Below the pieces are notes generated by a model, which was not told the origin of the DNA, ran no database searches, and saw only the letters and a program-made list of their open reading frames with translations. Below are positions 36,135-46,653 of a stretch of DNA of 64,000 bases, in pieces. The position numbers were made by a program, and so were the translations under genes. This DNA comes from a virus: positions 96,001 to 160,000 of the IMG/VR virus record IMGVR_UViG_3300042402_001861. One strand, given 5' to 3'. Each line of letters opens with the position of its first letter. The first letter of the stretch is position 1.

Positions 36135-38680
36135 AGCCCTTCTATACGAACATCTCTATTCGTGGCAACAGCATCCTTCACCGTGGCTATGATGCCAACG
36201 GCAAGCGGGTGCATGAGAAGGTTTCCTACAGCCCGACCCTATTCGTCCCGAGCAAGGGAGGAAATCCCGAGTGGCATACTCTTGATGGCCGTGGGGTGGA
36301 GCCGTTCAAGCCGGGAGACATCAAGGATTGCCGCGAGTTCGTGGAAGAATACCGAGATGTCGGTGGGTTCGAAATCTTCGGCAACACCGAGTACATCTAC
36401 CAATACATCGGTGACACCTTTGAGGGCGAGGTTGAGTATGATCCTTCTCTCCTACGCATTGGATTCATCGACATCGAAACGGAGTCCGAGGAAGGATTTC
36501 CGCAGATCAATACCGCCAACGAGCGGGTGAATGCAATCACCCTGAAGTTCAGGGACAAGACATTCGTGTTTGGTCTTGGACAGTTCTCTATCCCTGACGA
36601 GAATGTCAAGTGCTTTCAGTACGACGATGAGGGACGGATGCTGCGGGAGTTTCTTGCGGCATGGGAGTCCCTTGATCTTGACATCATCACGGGGTGGAAT
36701 GTCAACTTCTTCGACATTCCTTATCTTGTCAATCGCATCACTCGCCTGTTTGGCGAGAAGGAAGCCATGCGGCTGTCGCCGTGGCGGGTCATCAAGAGCC
36801 GAATCGTTGAGGTCATGGAGCGAGAGAACGAGGTGTATGATCTGATCGGCATGTCGATCCTTGACTACTTCGACCTGTATCGCAAGTTCACCTATGTCAC
36901 ACGGGAGTCCTACAAACTAGACCACATCGCATGGGTTGAATTGTCCGACCGAAAGATCGCCTACGATGGATCGTTGGCAGACTTCTACCGCAATGACTTT
37001 CAGCGGTTCATTGAGTACAACATCCACGACACCAATCTCGTTGACCGTCTTGAGCAGAAGTTGAAGTTGATGGAACTTGCCCTTGCGCTTGCTTACAGCG
37101 CAAAGGTGAACCTGAACGATGTCTTCTCCCAAGTCCGCACATGGGACGCAATCATCTACCACGAACTCTGCAAGCGAAAGATCGCCATCCCCATGAAGCG
37201 GGGAGGGATCGAAAAGGAGGACAAGTTCGAAGGTGCATATGTCAAGGAGCCCATCGTCGGGGAGCATCAATGGGTGGCATCCTTCGACTTGGATTCCCTG
37301 TACCCACACCTGATGATGCAGTACAACCTCAGCCCCGAGACAAAGACCAATCATGGCAAGCGTAATGCTTTTCCCGTGGATCAGTTCCTGTCTGGCCCGT
37401 GGCAGGAGGATTCGGACATAGCCAAGCAGATGGCCAAGTGGCAGGACAATGACTTGTCGGTTGCCGCCAATTGCATCACCTTCCGCCGCGATGTGCAGGG
37501 CATGTTGCCTTACCTCATGGAAGTGATGTATGAGGAACGCAAGATGTACAAGGGCAAGTTGCTTGATGCCAAGCGCAGGCTCAAGACCTTGGGCGATGAT
37601 GCGGATCCAGAGGAAGTCAAGAAAGTCAAGAACGACATCTCCAAGTTTCACAACTTCCAACTTGTGCGTAAGATTCAGTTGAACTCGGCATTCGGTGCCT
37701 GCGGTAACGAGTACTTCCGCTATTACGATCAGGACATTGCGGAAGCCATCACGCTGTCGGGTCAGTTGTCCATCCGTTGGATCGAACGCCATCTCAATGA
37801 CTTCCTGAACAAGAGCCTGAAGACCAAGAAGACCGAAGACTTCATCATTGCCGCAGACACGGACTCCGTTTATCTGCGGTTGGGAAAGTTGGTCGAACAG
37901 GTAATGCCGCAGGAAACAGACAAGCAGAAGATCACCAAGTTCCTTGACAAGTTCTGCAACGATGTATTGCAGCCCTTCATCAACAAGAAGTATGAAGACC
38001 TCGCCAAGCAGCAGAATGCCTACGGTCAGAAGATGCACATGAAGCGGGAGGCGATTGCATCCAAGGGCATATGGACGGCAAAGAAGCGGTACATGCTCAA
38101 TGTCTTCATGGGAGAGGAGAATGTTCTGCTTGGCACTCCCGACCTGAAGATCATGGGTATCGAAACTTCGCGGTCATCGACCCCACAGATTGTTCGTGAT
38201 GCCTTGAAGGAATCGATTCGGATCATCATGAACGGCACCGAGGAGCAGTTGATAGCCTTCGTCGCGGACTTCCATGATCGCTTCCGCAAGTCCCCGATCC
38301 ACGAAATTGCCTTCCCCCGTTCCTGCAAGAAGATGTCCGAATACAGAGACTCTTCCTCCATCTACCGCAAGTCAACTCCCATCGCGGTCAAGGGCTCGCT
38401 CGTATACAATCATTGGTTGAAGGAGAAGGGATTGTCGAAGAAGTATCCTCTCATCAGCGAGGGCGAGAAGATCAAGTTCGTGTACCTGAAGATTCCCAAT
38501 ACGATTCGTGAACATGTGATCTCGTTTTCTTCGGCGTTTCCAAGCGAGTTGGGCTTGGATAAATACATTGACTATGATACGCAGTTCGAAAAGTCCTTTC
38601 AGGAACCCCTGCGGACAATCATCAACTGCATCGGATGGAAGATGGAGAAGACAAGTTCATTGGAAGACCTGTTCGCATGA
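36131..38680 (+). CDS. gp43: family B DNA polymerase
   Basis: FIDIETE, SFDLDSLYP, KIQLNSAFG, AADTDS, KKRY. Confidence 0.98.
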   Translation: MKPFYTNISIRGNSILHRGYDANGKRVHEKVSYSPTLFVPSKGGNPEWHTLDGRGVEPFKPGDIKDCREFVEEYRDVGGFEIFGNTEYIYQYIGDTFEGEVEYDPSLLRIGFIDIETESEEGFPQINTANERVNAITLKFRDKTFVFGLGQFSIPDENVKCFQYDDEGRMLREFLAAWESLDLDIITGWNVNFFDIPYLVNRITRLFGEKEAMRLSPWRVIKSRIVEVMERENEVYDLIGMSILDYFDLYRKFTYVTRESYKLDHIAWVELSDRKIAYDGSLADFYRNDFQRFIEYNIHDTNLVDRLEQKLKLMELALALAYSAKVNLNDVFSQVRTWDAIIYHELCKRKIAIPMKRGGIEKEDKFEGAYVKEPIVGEHQWVASFDLDSLYPHLMMQYNLSPETKTNHGKRNAFPVDQFLSGPWQEDSDIAKQMAKWQDNDLSVAANCITFRRDVQGMLPYLMEVMYEERKMYKGKLLDAKRRLKTLGDDADPEEVKKVKNDISKFHNFQLVRKIQLNSAFGACGNEYFRYYDQDIAEAITLSGQLSIRWIERHLNDFLNKSLKTKKTEDFIIAADTDSVYLRLGKLVEQVMPQETDKQKITKFLDKFCNDVLQPFINKKYEDLAKQQNAYGQKMHMKREAIASKGIWTAKKRYMLNVFMGEENVLLGTPDLKIMGIETSRSSTPQIVRDALKESIRIIMNGTEEQLIAFVADFHDRFRKSPIHEIAFPRSCKKMSEYRDSSSIYRKSTPIAVKGSLVYNHWLKEKGLSKKYPLISEGEKIKFVYLKIPNTIREHVISFSSAFPSELGLDKYIDYDTQFEKSFQEPLRTIINCIGWKMEKTSSLEDLFA

Positions 38681-39429
38681 TCGACTCATTTCTGCGCCAT
38701 AATGCCAAGGCTTATCTGTCGGAGTTCGCAAAGCGACTCCCAAGCGGCTATGCACACACATACGCAGGATCGGTCAGCATCTTCCACCCCGAGAATCCGA
38801 ATCCCAATCTTCCATCCATGCTTGTGGCAACCGGTTGGCACGGTGATGAGGAAGCGGCTACCCTAGGTTTGATGGATTTTGTTGGTTACGATGATTCCAA
38901 GTTCTTCGCTAAGAACATCAACATTTCCTACATGCCTTTGGTTTCCGTGGAGGGAAACATGATGGGAATGCGGAACAACATCCGTAGCCAAGACCCCAAC
39001 TATGCCGAACCCGAGAACCGCAAGTTGATACAGAGCGTAATTGAGCCATCCTCCGAGGCCCAAGGTCTATTTGATAATTTGGATCTTGTCCTGCGTCTTG
39101 CTAGGAATGGCTATTACACTATGCACGAAGACATGAGGAATCGCTATGGTGGTGCATACATCTACTATGCCGGGGATGATGATGCCCTGCCTTTCACGCT
39201 TGTGAACGAATTGGAGCAATGGATGGAGGTCAGCGACAGCAACACGATCATCGAAACCCACAAGAAGGGGTCTTTTGAAAGTTTCATGCACGATCAGGGG
39301 GTTCCTGAAGTGGTCTGCACGGAAACAATTGCCTGTCAGCAATGCAATGTTCCCGAACGAGTCCGTCGAATTGCCCATGTCAACTGTCTGCGAATTTACT
39401 GCGAACACATCGTTGCACTTGGCACATGA
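38677..39429 (+). CDS. M14/succinylglutamate-desuccinylase-like zinc hydrolase
   Basis: GWHGDEEA, RNN..DPN, TMHED, VCTET. Confidence 0.6.
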   Translation: MIDSFLRHNAKAYLSEFAKRLPSGYAHTYAGSVSIFHPENPNPNLPSMLVATGWHGDEEAATLGLMDFVGYDDSKFFAKNINISYMPLVSVEGNMMGMRNNIRSQDPNYAEPENRKLIQSVIEPSSEAQGLFDNLDLVLRLARNGYYTMHEDMRNRYGGAYIYYAGDDDALPFTLVNELEQWMEVSDSNTIIETHKKGSFESFMHDQGVPEVVCTETIACQQCNVPERVRRIAHVNCLRIYCEHIVALGT

Positions 39430-39440
39430 TGTGATATAAT
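39413..39440 (+). promoter_or_regulatory. sigma70-type (middle-like) promoter
   Basis: TTGCAC-16-TATAAT before uvsX. Confidence 0.65.
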
Positions 39441-39463
39441 CACTCAACAATGAGGTCTACACT

Positions 39464-40516
39464 ATGAGCAACTTTCTGAAGAGCATTCTCAAGGATTCTG
39501 GCAACGAACACGCATCTCTGGCAGTCGATGGATTGGAGTCCGATGTATCGGGCTTCGTTGATACCGGCTCCTATTCATTCAATGCCCTGCTGTCAGGGAC
39601 GATCTACGGCGGTATGCCCGACAACAAGATCCTCGGCATCGCTGGCGAGTCGGCAACGGGTAAGACATACTTTGCCTTGGGCATTGCCCGCAAGTTCCTA
39701 GAGGAAAAGAAGGACGGGGCAATCCTGTACTTTGACACGGAGCAGGCCGTGACAAGCGACATGATCAACGACCGTGGGCTTGATCCCAAGCGGGTTGCCG
39801 TTTTCCCTGTTGCAACGGTTGAGCAGTTCCGCCACCAGATGTTGCAGATTCTTGACAGTTACGGCAAGATGAAGGAAGAGGATCGCAAGCCGATCCTGGT
39901 TGTACTTGACTCTCTCGGGATGCTTTCCACCAGCAAGGAAATGAACGACGGTCTTGAAGGCAAGGAAGTCCGCGACATGACCCGTTCGCAGATTATCAAG
40001 TCGGTCTTCCGTACCGTGACCCTGAAGTTGGGCAAGTACAACATTCCCCTGATCGTCACCAACCACACCTACGATGTGATTGGTGCCTATGTCCCAACCA
40101 AGGAGATGGGCGGCGGCACGGGACTCAAGTACGCAGCCTCCACCATCGTGTACCTTTCCAAGAAGAAGGAGAAGGTGGACAACGAGGTGATCGGCAACAT
40201 CATCCATTGCAAGTTGTACAAGGGTCGCCTTACCCGCGAGAACAAGATGATCGATACCCTGTTGACCTTCGACAAGGGCTTGGACAAGTACTATGGACTC
40301 GTCCCGCTTGCCATCAAGCACGGGGTCTTCAAGAAGAGTTCGACCAAGATCGAACTGCCCGATGGCAAGTCCGTCTTTGAGTCACAGATCAACAAGAACC
40401 CGGAAAAGTATTACACCGAGGAAATCCTAAAGGCCATCGATGCCGCAGCCTCCAAGGAATTCAAGTATGGCATGGAAGAGGTGGAAGCCGATGGAGCGGA
40501 AAAGACTGCTGATTAA
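39464..40516 (+). CDS. uvsX: RecA-like recombinase
   Basis: GESATGKT, FDTE, DSLGML, NHTY, MGGGTGLKY. Confidence 0.96.
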   Translation: MSNFLKSILKDSGNEHASLAVDGLESDVSGFVDTGSYSFNALLSGTIYGGMPDNKILGIAGESATGKTYFALGIARKFLEEKKDGAILYFDTEQAVTSDMINDRGLDPKRVAVFPVATVEQFRHQMLQILDSYGKMKEEDRKPILVVLDSLGMLSTSKEMNDGLEGKEVRDMTRSQIIKSVFRTVTLKLGKYNIPLIVTNHTYDVIGAYVPTKEMGGGTGLKYAASTIVYLSKKKEKVDNEVIGNIIHCKLYKGRLTRENKMIDTLLTFDKGLDKYYGLVPLAIKHGVFKKSSTKIELPDGKSVFESQINKNPEKYYTEEILKAIDAAASKEFKYGMEEVEADGAEKTAD

Positions 40517-41165
40517 GTTCCCTTCCCGGTCAAGGCCGGGTCGGTTCATGGAGACATTCGGGCTGTACAAGAACATGCTTTCGGGTATGCACGATGTCAC
40601 ATTCGTCTTGTCATTTGACAAGGATGACATCACCATGAACAACAAGGGGATGCACAGTTGGCTTGAGAGGCAAGGAGAGAATGTCAAGTGGTTCTATGGG
40701 GAATCCAATTCCAAGATTTCCGCAGTCAATGCTGATCTTGATCGTGGATGGGATTACGATGTTCTTCTCCTTGCCTCTGATGACATGATTCCCGTCAAGG
40801 CAGGATACGATGACATCATCATGAAGGACATGGTTCTATGTTATCCTGACTTTGATGGAGTGCTGCACTACAACGATGGGCGGCGAGGAGAAAGCCTCAA
40901 CACCCTGTGCATCCTCGGCAAGAAGTACTATGATCGCTTCGGGTACATTTACCATCCTTCCTACAAGAGTGTCTACTGCGACAACGAATTCACGGATGTC
41001 AGCAGAATCCTCCACAAGGTGACCTATATCGACAACACTATCATCAAGCACTATTGGATTGACATTGGTGTCGATGCCTTGTACATGAGGAACGAGAATC
41101 CTGCGTTCTATTCCGTCGATGGGGAGAACTACAAGAACCGAAGAGACAAGAACTTCGGGCTTTGA
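40491..41165 (+). CDS. GT-A fold glycosyltransferase
   Basis: KFPSRSRP, SKISAVN, ASDDM, RFGYIYHP; paralog of 43727. Confidence 0.75.
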   Translation: MERKRLLIKFPSRSRPGRFMETFGLYKNMLSGMHDVTFVLSFDKDDITMNNKGMHSWLERQGENVKWFYGESNSKISAVNADLDRGWDYDVLLLASDDMIPVKAGYDDIIMKDMVLCYPDFDGVLHYNDGRRGESLNTLCILGKKYYDRFGYIYHPSYKSVYCDNEFTDVSRILHKVTYIDNTIIKHYWIDIGVDALYMRNENPAFYSVDGENYKNRRDKNFGL

Positions 41166-42158
41166 GTGGATAAGGTAGCAGTCATCACCGGAGTGAATGG
41201 GCAGGATGGTTCCTATCTTGCCGAATTCTTGCTTGGCAAGGGCTATCGTGTGGTCGGACTGCGCCGTTCTCCGTCCTCAAGCACCCACAGGATCGAATCC
41301 ATCCTGAGCAATCCGAACTTTGAGTTGGAGATATGCGATGTCAGCGATGTGTCTCGTACCAACCACATAGTGAAGACATATCTGCCCGATGAGATATACA
41401 ACCTTGCAGCGCAGTCCCATGTGGGGATTTCCTTCCAGATGCCCGAACATACGGCGGAAACGATATGCCAAGGCACGATGAACTTGCTCAATGTCATCAA
41501 GTCGGTGTCGCCCAAGACAAAGTTTTACCAAGCATCCTCCTCTGAGATGTTCGGCATCAGCAAGGGATCGGGACCGAATGGATTCAACGAGAACAGCCCA
41601 TTCAAGCCCGTTTCCCCGTATGCATTGTCCAAGGTCTACGCACACTATTGCGCTCAGATGTATCGATCTGCCTACGGACTCTATGCCTCAAGCGGCATCC
41701 TGTTCAACCATGAGAGCCCACGCCGTGGAGAGACATTCGTGACTCGCAAGATCACGATTGGAGCAGCAAGGATACGGGAGGGATTGCAGGACAACCTTGT
41801 GTTGGGAAACATCGATGTCAAGCGTGATTGGGGCTTTGCGGGGGATTATGTCGAAGCCATGTGGCTGATGATGCAGCAGACGGAAGCGGATGATTTCGTG
41901 ATATCCACGGGGAAGGAACACACAGTCAGAGAATTCCTTCAAGTGGTATTCGATCATGCGGGACTTGGTTCGTATGAGGATTATGTGGTGGTCGATCCGA
42001 AGTTGTTTCGACCAAACGAGATACCATCCCTTGTTGGGGATTCGTCAAAGGCACATTCCATCCTTGGGTGGAAACCAGAGGTTGACTTTGCAACCTTGGC
42101 GAAAATGATGTATGATTACGACCTTTCAAAGGTGAGGAAAGACCATGCCAACAGATAG
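41166..42158 (+). CDS. gmd: GDP-mannose 4,6-dehydratase
   Basis: ITGVNGQDGSYL, NLAAQSHV, YQASSSEMFG, YALSK, LFNHESPRRG. Confidence 0.96.
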   Translation: MDKVAVITGVNGQDGSYLAEFLLGKGYRVVGLRRSPSSSTHRIESILSNPNFELEICDVSDVSRTNHIVKTYLPDEIYNLAAQSHVGISFQMPEHTAETICQGTMNLLNVIKSVSPKTKFYQASSSEMFGISKGSGPNGFNENSPFKPVSPYALSKVYAHYCAQMYRSAYGLYASSGILFNHESPRRGETFVTRKITIGAARIREGLQDNLVLGNIDVKRDWGFAGDYVEAMWLMMQQTEADDFVISTGKEHTVREFLQVVFDHAGLGSYEDYVVVDPKLFRPNEIPSLVGDSSKAHSILGWKPEVDFATLAKMMYDYDLSKVRKDHANR

Positions 42159-42750
42159 AAACAATGTCCTGTTCACCGTGATGATCCTGTCGATTCCGAG
42201 CAGGATCGAAAAGTACTATCTTCCATTGCAGGAAAAGTTGGAGAAGCAAATCACGGATGGCAGCGTGGAGGTTCTTACGCTCATCGATAATAAGTGCATG
42301 ACCATCGGAGAGAAGCGGCAGGCTCTTCTTGGGGCTGCACGGGGCAAGTGGATGGGGTTTCTTGACGATGATGACATGGTTTCCAATGATTATGTCTCGT
42401 CCCTCACCGAGGCGATGCAAAAAACGCCTGCGGATGTGATCACCTTTGACCAACATTGCTCCGTGAATGGCGAGGAATTCATGGTGAACTTCAAAGTTGG
42501 CAACCCGCATGAGCCGTGGGTGCCGGGATCGGGCATGAGGACGATTCGTCGGCCTCCATACCACATGTGCTTCTGGCGCTCCAAAATCACAAAGAACATT
42601 CCGTTTCGCCCATCGTCATATGGCGAGGACTTGGATTGGGTCATGCGGATGCTTCCGTATGTGACTTCCGAAACCCACATAGATAAAGTGCTGCATCACT
42701 ACCGATACAGCGACAGTACATCTGAATCCATACAGTATGCAGGAAGGTGA
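42145..42750 (+). CDS. GT2-like glycosyltransferase
   Basis: IGEKRQALL, FLDDDD, GED; paralog of 45054. Confidence 0.8.
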   Translation: MPTDRNNVLFTVMILSIPSRIEKYYLPLQEKLEKQITDGSVEVLTLIDNKCMTIGEKRQALLGAARGKWMGFLDDDDMVSNDYVSSLTEAMQKTPADVITFDQHCSVNGEEFMVNFKVGNPHEPWVPGSGMRTIRRPPYHMCFWRSKITKNIPFRPSSYGEDLDWVMRMLPYVTSETHIDKVLHHYRYSDSTSESIQYAGR

Positions 42751-42760
42751 AATCTAGATC

Positions 42761-43726
42761 ATGGCTCAAAATGCGGTAGTTACATACATGTCTTGCATGA
42801 GGGACTTGCCGATTCTTCATCGGAGTCTCGTCATGCTGTTCAAGAACTGGAAGTACGCACAGCAGTATCCTGTCCTTGTCTTTCATGATGACTTGAATCG
42901 TGTGGCAATGTCAAGTCTCATGGTTGCCCTGCACCGTGAACTTGGATTCATGCCAAAGATAAACTTCGAAGAGTTGAAGTGGGAGATGCCTTCGTGGGTT
43001 TCTCCTGATCCATCGAAGTACACCACATCCCTCAACGAGTTCTGGATGGGGTATCGTCATATGTGTCGGTTCTATTCGGGTGGGATCTATCGCCATCCAA
43101 GCATGGCTCAGTATGATTGGTACTGGCGATTGGATTCAGACTCATACATTCTCTCTCCCGTGGATTACGATCCATTCCAAAGAATGGCAGACAACGGATA
43201 CGAGTATGCCTACATGGGAGATACTGATGAGAAGGATTTGCCCCGTGTCTGTATGGGGCTGTGGGATACAACCATGGACTTCATGAAGAAGAATGGCATA
43301 TCCATGAGCAAGCAGTTGAAGGAACATTCCTTGGAAGATGGCAAGACATGGGATCACACCATGTATTACACCAACTTTGAAATTGGAAAGTTGTCATTCT
43401 TCCGAGGCAACGATTACATGGCATACTTTGACCATCTTGATCAGACGGGACAGATTTACTACAACCGATGGGGCGACAATGTGATCCATTGGCTAGGAGT
43501 CAACATGCTCATGGACGAAAGCAAGACATGGGCAGTCAAGGACATGACCTATCAGCACAACAATTGGCTGAGAAATCTGAGTTCCCTGAAGGATGGAAAG
43601 GTTTCGGATGACATTCTCCGCTATGTTGATGGGGACAGCAATCCCAAGGGAAGAAGAGCGAGGCTTCTATATGCCTTGGATCGATACGCAAAGACTGGAA
43701 TTGACGGCTGCAATTGGAGCGATTAA
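42761..43726 (+). CDS. GT15 (Kre2/Mnt1-like) alpha-mannosyltransferase
   Basis: YRHMCRFYSG, YDWYWRLDSD, YTNFEI, YNRWGD. Confidence 0.85.
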   Translation: MAQNAVVTYMSCMRDLPILHRSLVMLFKNWKYAQQYPVLVFHDDLNRVAMSSLMVALHRELGFMPKINFEELKWEMPSWVSPDPSKYTTSLNEFWMGYRHMCRFYSGGIYRHPSMAQYDWYWRLDSDSYILSPVDYDPFQRMADNGYEYAYMGDTDEKDLPRVCMGLWDTTMDFMKKNGISMSKQLKEHSLEDGKTWDHTMYYTNFEIGKLSFFRGNDYMAYFDHLDQTGQIYYNRWGDNVIHWLGVNMLMDESKTWAVKDMTYQHNNWLRNLSSLKDGKVSDDILRYVDGDSNPKGRRARLLYALDRYAKTGIDGCNWSD

Positions 43727-44446
43727 ATGCACATACTATTGAAATACCCGACTCGTCAGCGACCACAAAAGTTTGTCACCAACTTCTTGGGATACATGGA
43801 TCGCATCTCCGAGAAGCATGAGATCACCGTTGTAATCAGCATGGACAGCGATGATCCCCTCATGAACAACGACAGGATTCGTGGGTTCCTTGCCAAGCAG
43901 AACCAAAGGGGTACTGCCAAGATCATGTACCATTACGGCGAAAGCAAAGGCAAGATCAACGCAATCAATCGTGACATTCCCTTGGATGTTCCTTGGGATG
44001 TTGTGGTGGCAACAGCCGATGACATGGAGCCGCAGGAAAATGGTTGGGATGACATCATCGCCAATGACATGCTCACCGAATTCCCTGATACCAACGGTGC
44101 CATCAACTACAATACCGATCCTAGGCTTGAAACCAAGATTGATGGGCGACCTGAAGGATGGAAGGGACTCATCACCCTGCCTGTGATTGGCCGCAAACTG
44201 TATGATCGCTTCGGATACATCTATCATCCCGACTATGTTTCGGAGTCCTGTGATGACGAACAGACTCTGGTATTCACGAAGTTGGGAGTGTTGCGTCATA
44301 TCGACCGAAGACCCATCTTCCACAATTTCGTCCCATGGCATGATGAGTTGATGGTTCGGAACATGAGAATCGGGCAGACCGTTGATCGTCAGAAGTTCTT
44401 GGAGAGAAAGGCAATCAACTTTGGGTTGCCTGTGGAGATTTCGTGA
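43727..44446 (+). CDS. GT-A fold glycosyltransferase
   Basis: KYPTRQRP, KINAINRD, TADDM, RFGYIYHP. Confidence 0.75.
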   Translation: MHILLKYPTRQRPQKFVTNFLGYMDRISEKHEITVVISMDSDDPLMNNDRIRGFLAKQNQRGTAKIMYHYGESKGKINAINRDIPLDVPWDVVVATADDMEPQENGWDDIIANDMLTEFPDTNGAINYNTDPRLETKIDGRPEGWKGLITLPVIGRKLYDRFGYIYHPDYVSESCDDEQTLVFTKLGVLRHIDRRPIFHNFVPWHDELMVRNMRIGQTVDRQKFLERKAINFGLPVEIS

Positions 44447-45057
44447 TGTTCTACTCGCAACAGTCAGAGGATGTCATTCTGTGGAAGAAGTACCTGAACT
44501 ACCGCAACGGATTCTTCGTTGAACTTGGTGCGATGGATGGGGTGACCTATTCGAACACGAAGTTCTTTGAAGATGAACTTGGTTGGACCGGCATTCTCAT
44601 TGAACCCGAACCCAACCAGTACAAGCGTCTGTGGGCAAACAGGCCGAATTGCAAGAACTTCAACTACGCAGTATCTGAGGTTGATGGAACGGTACTGTTC
44701 TACTCAAGAAACGGTGGTGATTCCGGTGGCGGGATCAAGGACACCCACATAGAAACGAATCTGTATGGAAAGGAACACGAAATACCCGTACAGAGCAAGC
44801 CATTCCATGCCATCCTTGCCGAGGCAGGAAAGCCCAACAGAATCGACCTCTTGGTGGTTGATGTTGAGGGTGGCGAGTATGGTGTTCTCAAGACATTTGA
44901 TTGGTCGATACCGACTTATGTTGTTCTGGTAGAGTTTCATCAGAATAATCATGCCACAGAAGAATGTAAGCGAATGCTTTCTGAAAATGGCTTCGAATAC
45001 GGCATGACGATTGGCTGCAACGAAGCATGGATAAATCACAAGGTGGGAAACGCATGA
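44446..45057 (+). CDS. FkbM-family methyltransferase
   Basis: FVELGAMDG..SNT, GILIEP, VDVEGGE. Confidence 0.85.
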   Translation: MFYSQQSEDVILWKKYLNYRNGFFVELGAMDGVTYSNTKFFEDELGWTGILIEPEPNQYKRLWANRPNCKNFNYAVSEVDGTVLFYSRNGGDSGGGIKDTHIETNLYGKEHEIPVQSKPFHAILAEAGKPNRIDLLVVDVEGGEYGVLKTFDWSIPTYVVLVEFHQNNHATEECKRMLSENGFEYGMTIGCNEAWINHKVGNA

Positions 45058-45713
45058 CTGACATCAAACTTTCAATATGCATTCCGAGCATCCCCAATCG
45101 CCTGAGAATGTACTTGCATCCTCTGTATTCTCGCCTGCTCACACAGATTGGCGACAGCAAGGACATAGAGGTTCTGTCTTTGGTTGACAACAAGATGATG
45201 AGCATAGGAAGAAAGAAGTCCCTGTTGCTCTCCATGGCAACCGGAAAGTATTCATGCATCATTGATGATGACGATGATGTGGTTGGTGACTACATCGCAA
45301 CCATGCGTGGACTCATCACGGAAGAAATGGATATGGATGTGATTTGCTACAATCAAGAAGCCACCATCAACGGCAAGACATGGTTGGTGAAGACGAGCCT
45401 TGACCATAACAGAGTTCATCCTTTCGACCAACTTGAAGTTGATTCCAAGGGCAACACTATTCCTTGCAAGCGTCCTCCTTGGCAATGGTGTGCATGGAAG
45501 ACTTCCATGATAAAGACGGTTCCGTTTGGTGACAGCAATTGGGCCGAGGATGCCGCATTCACTCTCGGTGCATTGGAGAAGGCCAAGACGCAATATGTCT
45601 TGGATAAGGTGATGTGCGTATACAGATGGTCACCCCAAGTCACGGAAACACAACGGCCAACAGAACAGACAAACATTCAGGAAATGCGGAAAGTGAATTT
45701 GACAAATGGCTGA
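45054..45713 (+). CDS. GT2-like glycosyltransferase
   Basis: SIGRKKSLLL, IIDDDDD, AED. Confidence 0.8.
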   Translation: MTDIKLSICIPSIPNRLRMYLHPLYSRLLTQIGDSKDIEVLSLVDNKMMSIGRKKSLLLSMATGKYSCIIDDDDDVVGDYIATMRGLITEEMDMDVICYNQEATINGKTWLVKTSLDHNRVHPFDQLEVDSKGNTIPCKRPPWQWCAWKTSMIKTVPFGDSNWAEDAAFTLGALEKAKTQYVLDKVMCVYRWSPQVTETQRPTEQTNIQEMRKVNLTNG

Positions 45714-46653
45714 GAATGCCGCGATCATCTATATGTCACGAAAGCGTGACTTGCCCCTGCTTTACCGCAGTCTCAGTTTGCTTTGCTACAACTTCAAGCA
45801 AGCACGGGAATATCCGATCATCGTGTTCCATGATGACATAACCAAGACTGATGTTGCCAACCTGACGGTTCAGTTGCATCGTCAACTTGGCTACATTCCG
45901 AGCATTCGCTTTGAACTTCTTTCTTTCGAAATGCCTTCTTGGGTATCTGCCGATGAAAGCAAGTACATCGTGCCATTGAGCGAGGCTTGGATGGGTTACC
46001 GACACATGTGTCGCTTCCATTCGGGAGGAATCTATCGGGATGAGAGATTGCTCAAGTATGATTGGTATTGGAGGCTTGATTCCGATTCCTACATCTACTC
46101 CCCCATTTCTTACGATCCATTTGAGCGAATGAAGAATGAAGGCTATGAATATGCCTACATGAGTGAGGAAGATGGAGAGGTTCCTAGCGTTGCACAGGGT
46201 CTATGGGAAGAAACCGAGAACTTCCTGAAGACAAACAACATCGAAATGAGCGAGTATTTCAAGAGTTGCTTGGTGGATGGAAAGTGGAACTATCGGCTCT
46301 TCTACACGAACTTTGAGATTGCAAAGTTCTCTTTCTTCCGAGGCAAGGAGTACATGGATTACTTCGATCATCTTGACCGGACAGGAAACATTTATTATCG
46401 ACGGTGGGGGGATGCACCCATCCATTGGTTGGGTGTAAAGATGTTCCTTGATCCCAAGAAGACATGGGCGGTCAAGGACATAGCATATCACCACAACGCA
46501 TGGGTAAGGAATTTGAGTGCCATACCCAACAAGCAAGTCCCTGAAAAAATCTGGCAAATCTTGCAGGGAGATGACTACAGGATGAACCGTTTGTCGCAAG
46601 GGATGGCTAAATACATTTCGGGCGGCAATGATGGCCTGAATTGGGGTGAATGA
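45706..46653 (+). CDS. GT15 (Kre2/Mnt1-like) alpha-mannosyltransferase
   Basis: YRHMCRFHSG, YDWYWRLDSD, YTNFEI, YRRWGDAPIH. Confidence 0.85.
   Translation: MAENAAIIYMSRKRDLPLLYRSLSLLCYNFKQAREYPIIVFHDDITKTDVANLTVQLHRQLGYIPSIRFELLSFEMPSWVSADESKYIVPLSEAWMGYRHMCRFHSGGIYRDERLLKYDWYWRLDSDSYIYSPISYDPFERMKNEGYEYAYMSEEDGEVPSVAQGLWEETENFLKTNNIEMSEYFKSCLVDGKWNYRLFYTNFEIAKFSFFRGKEYMDYFDHLDRTGNIYYRRWGDAPIHWLGVKMFLDPKKTWAVKDIAYHHNAWVRNLSAIPNKQVPEKIWQILQGDDYRMNRLSQGMAKYISGGNDGLNWGE

Noticed and set aside
36917-38038. 373-aa antisense ORF inside gp43 (similarly 47132..48175 and 62775..63896)
   Set aside because: Antisense shadows of well-supported genes; explained by codon bias.
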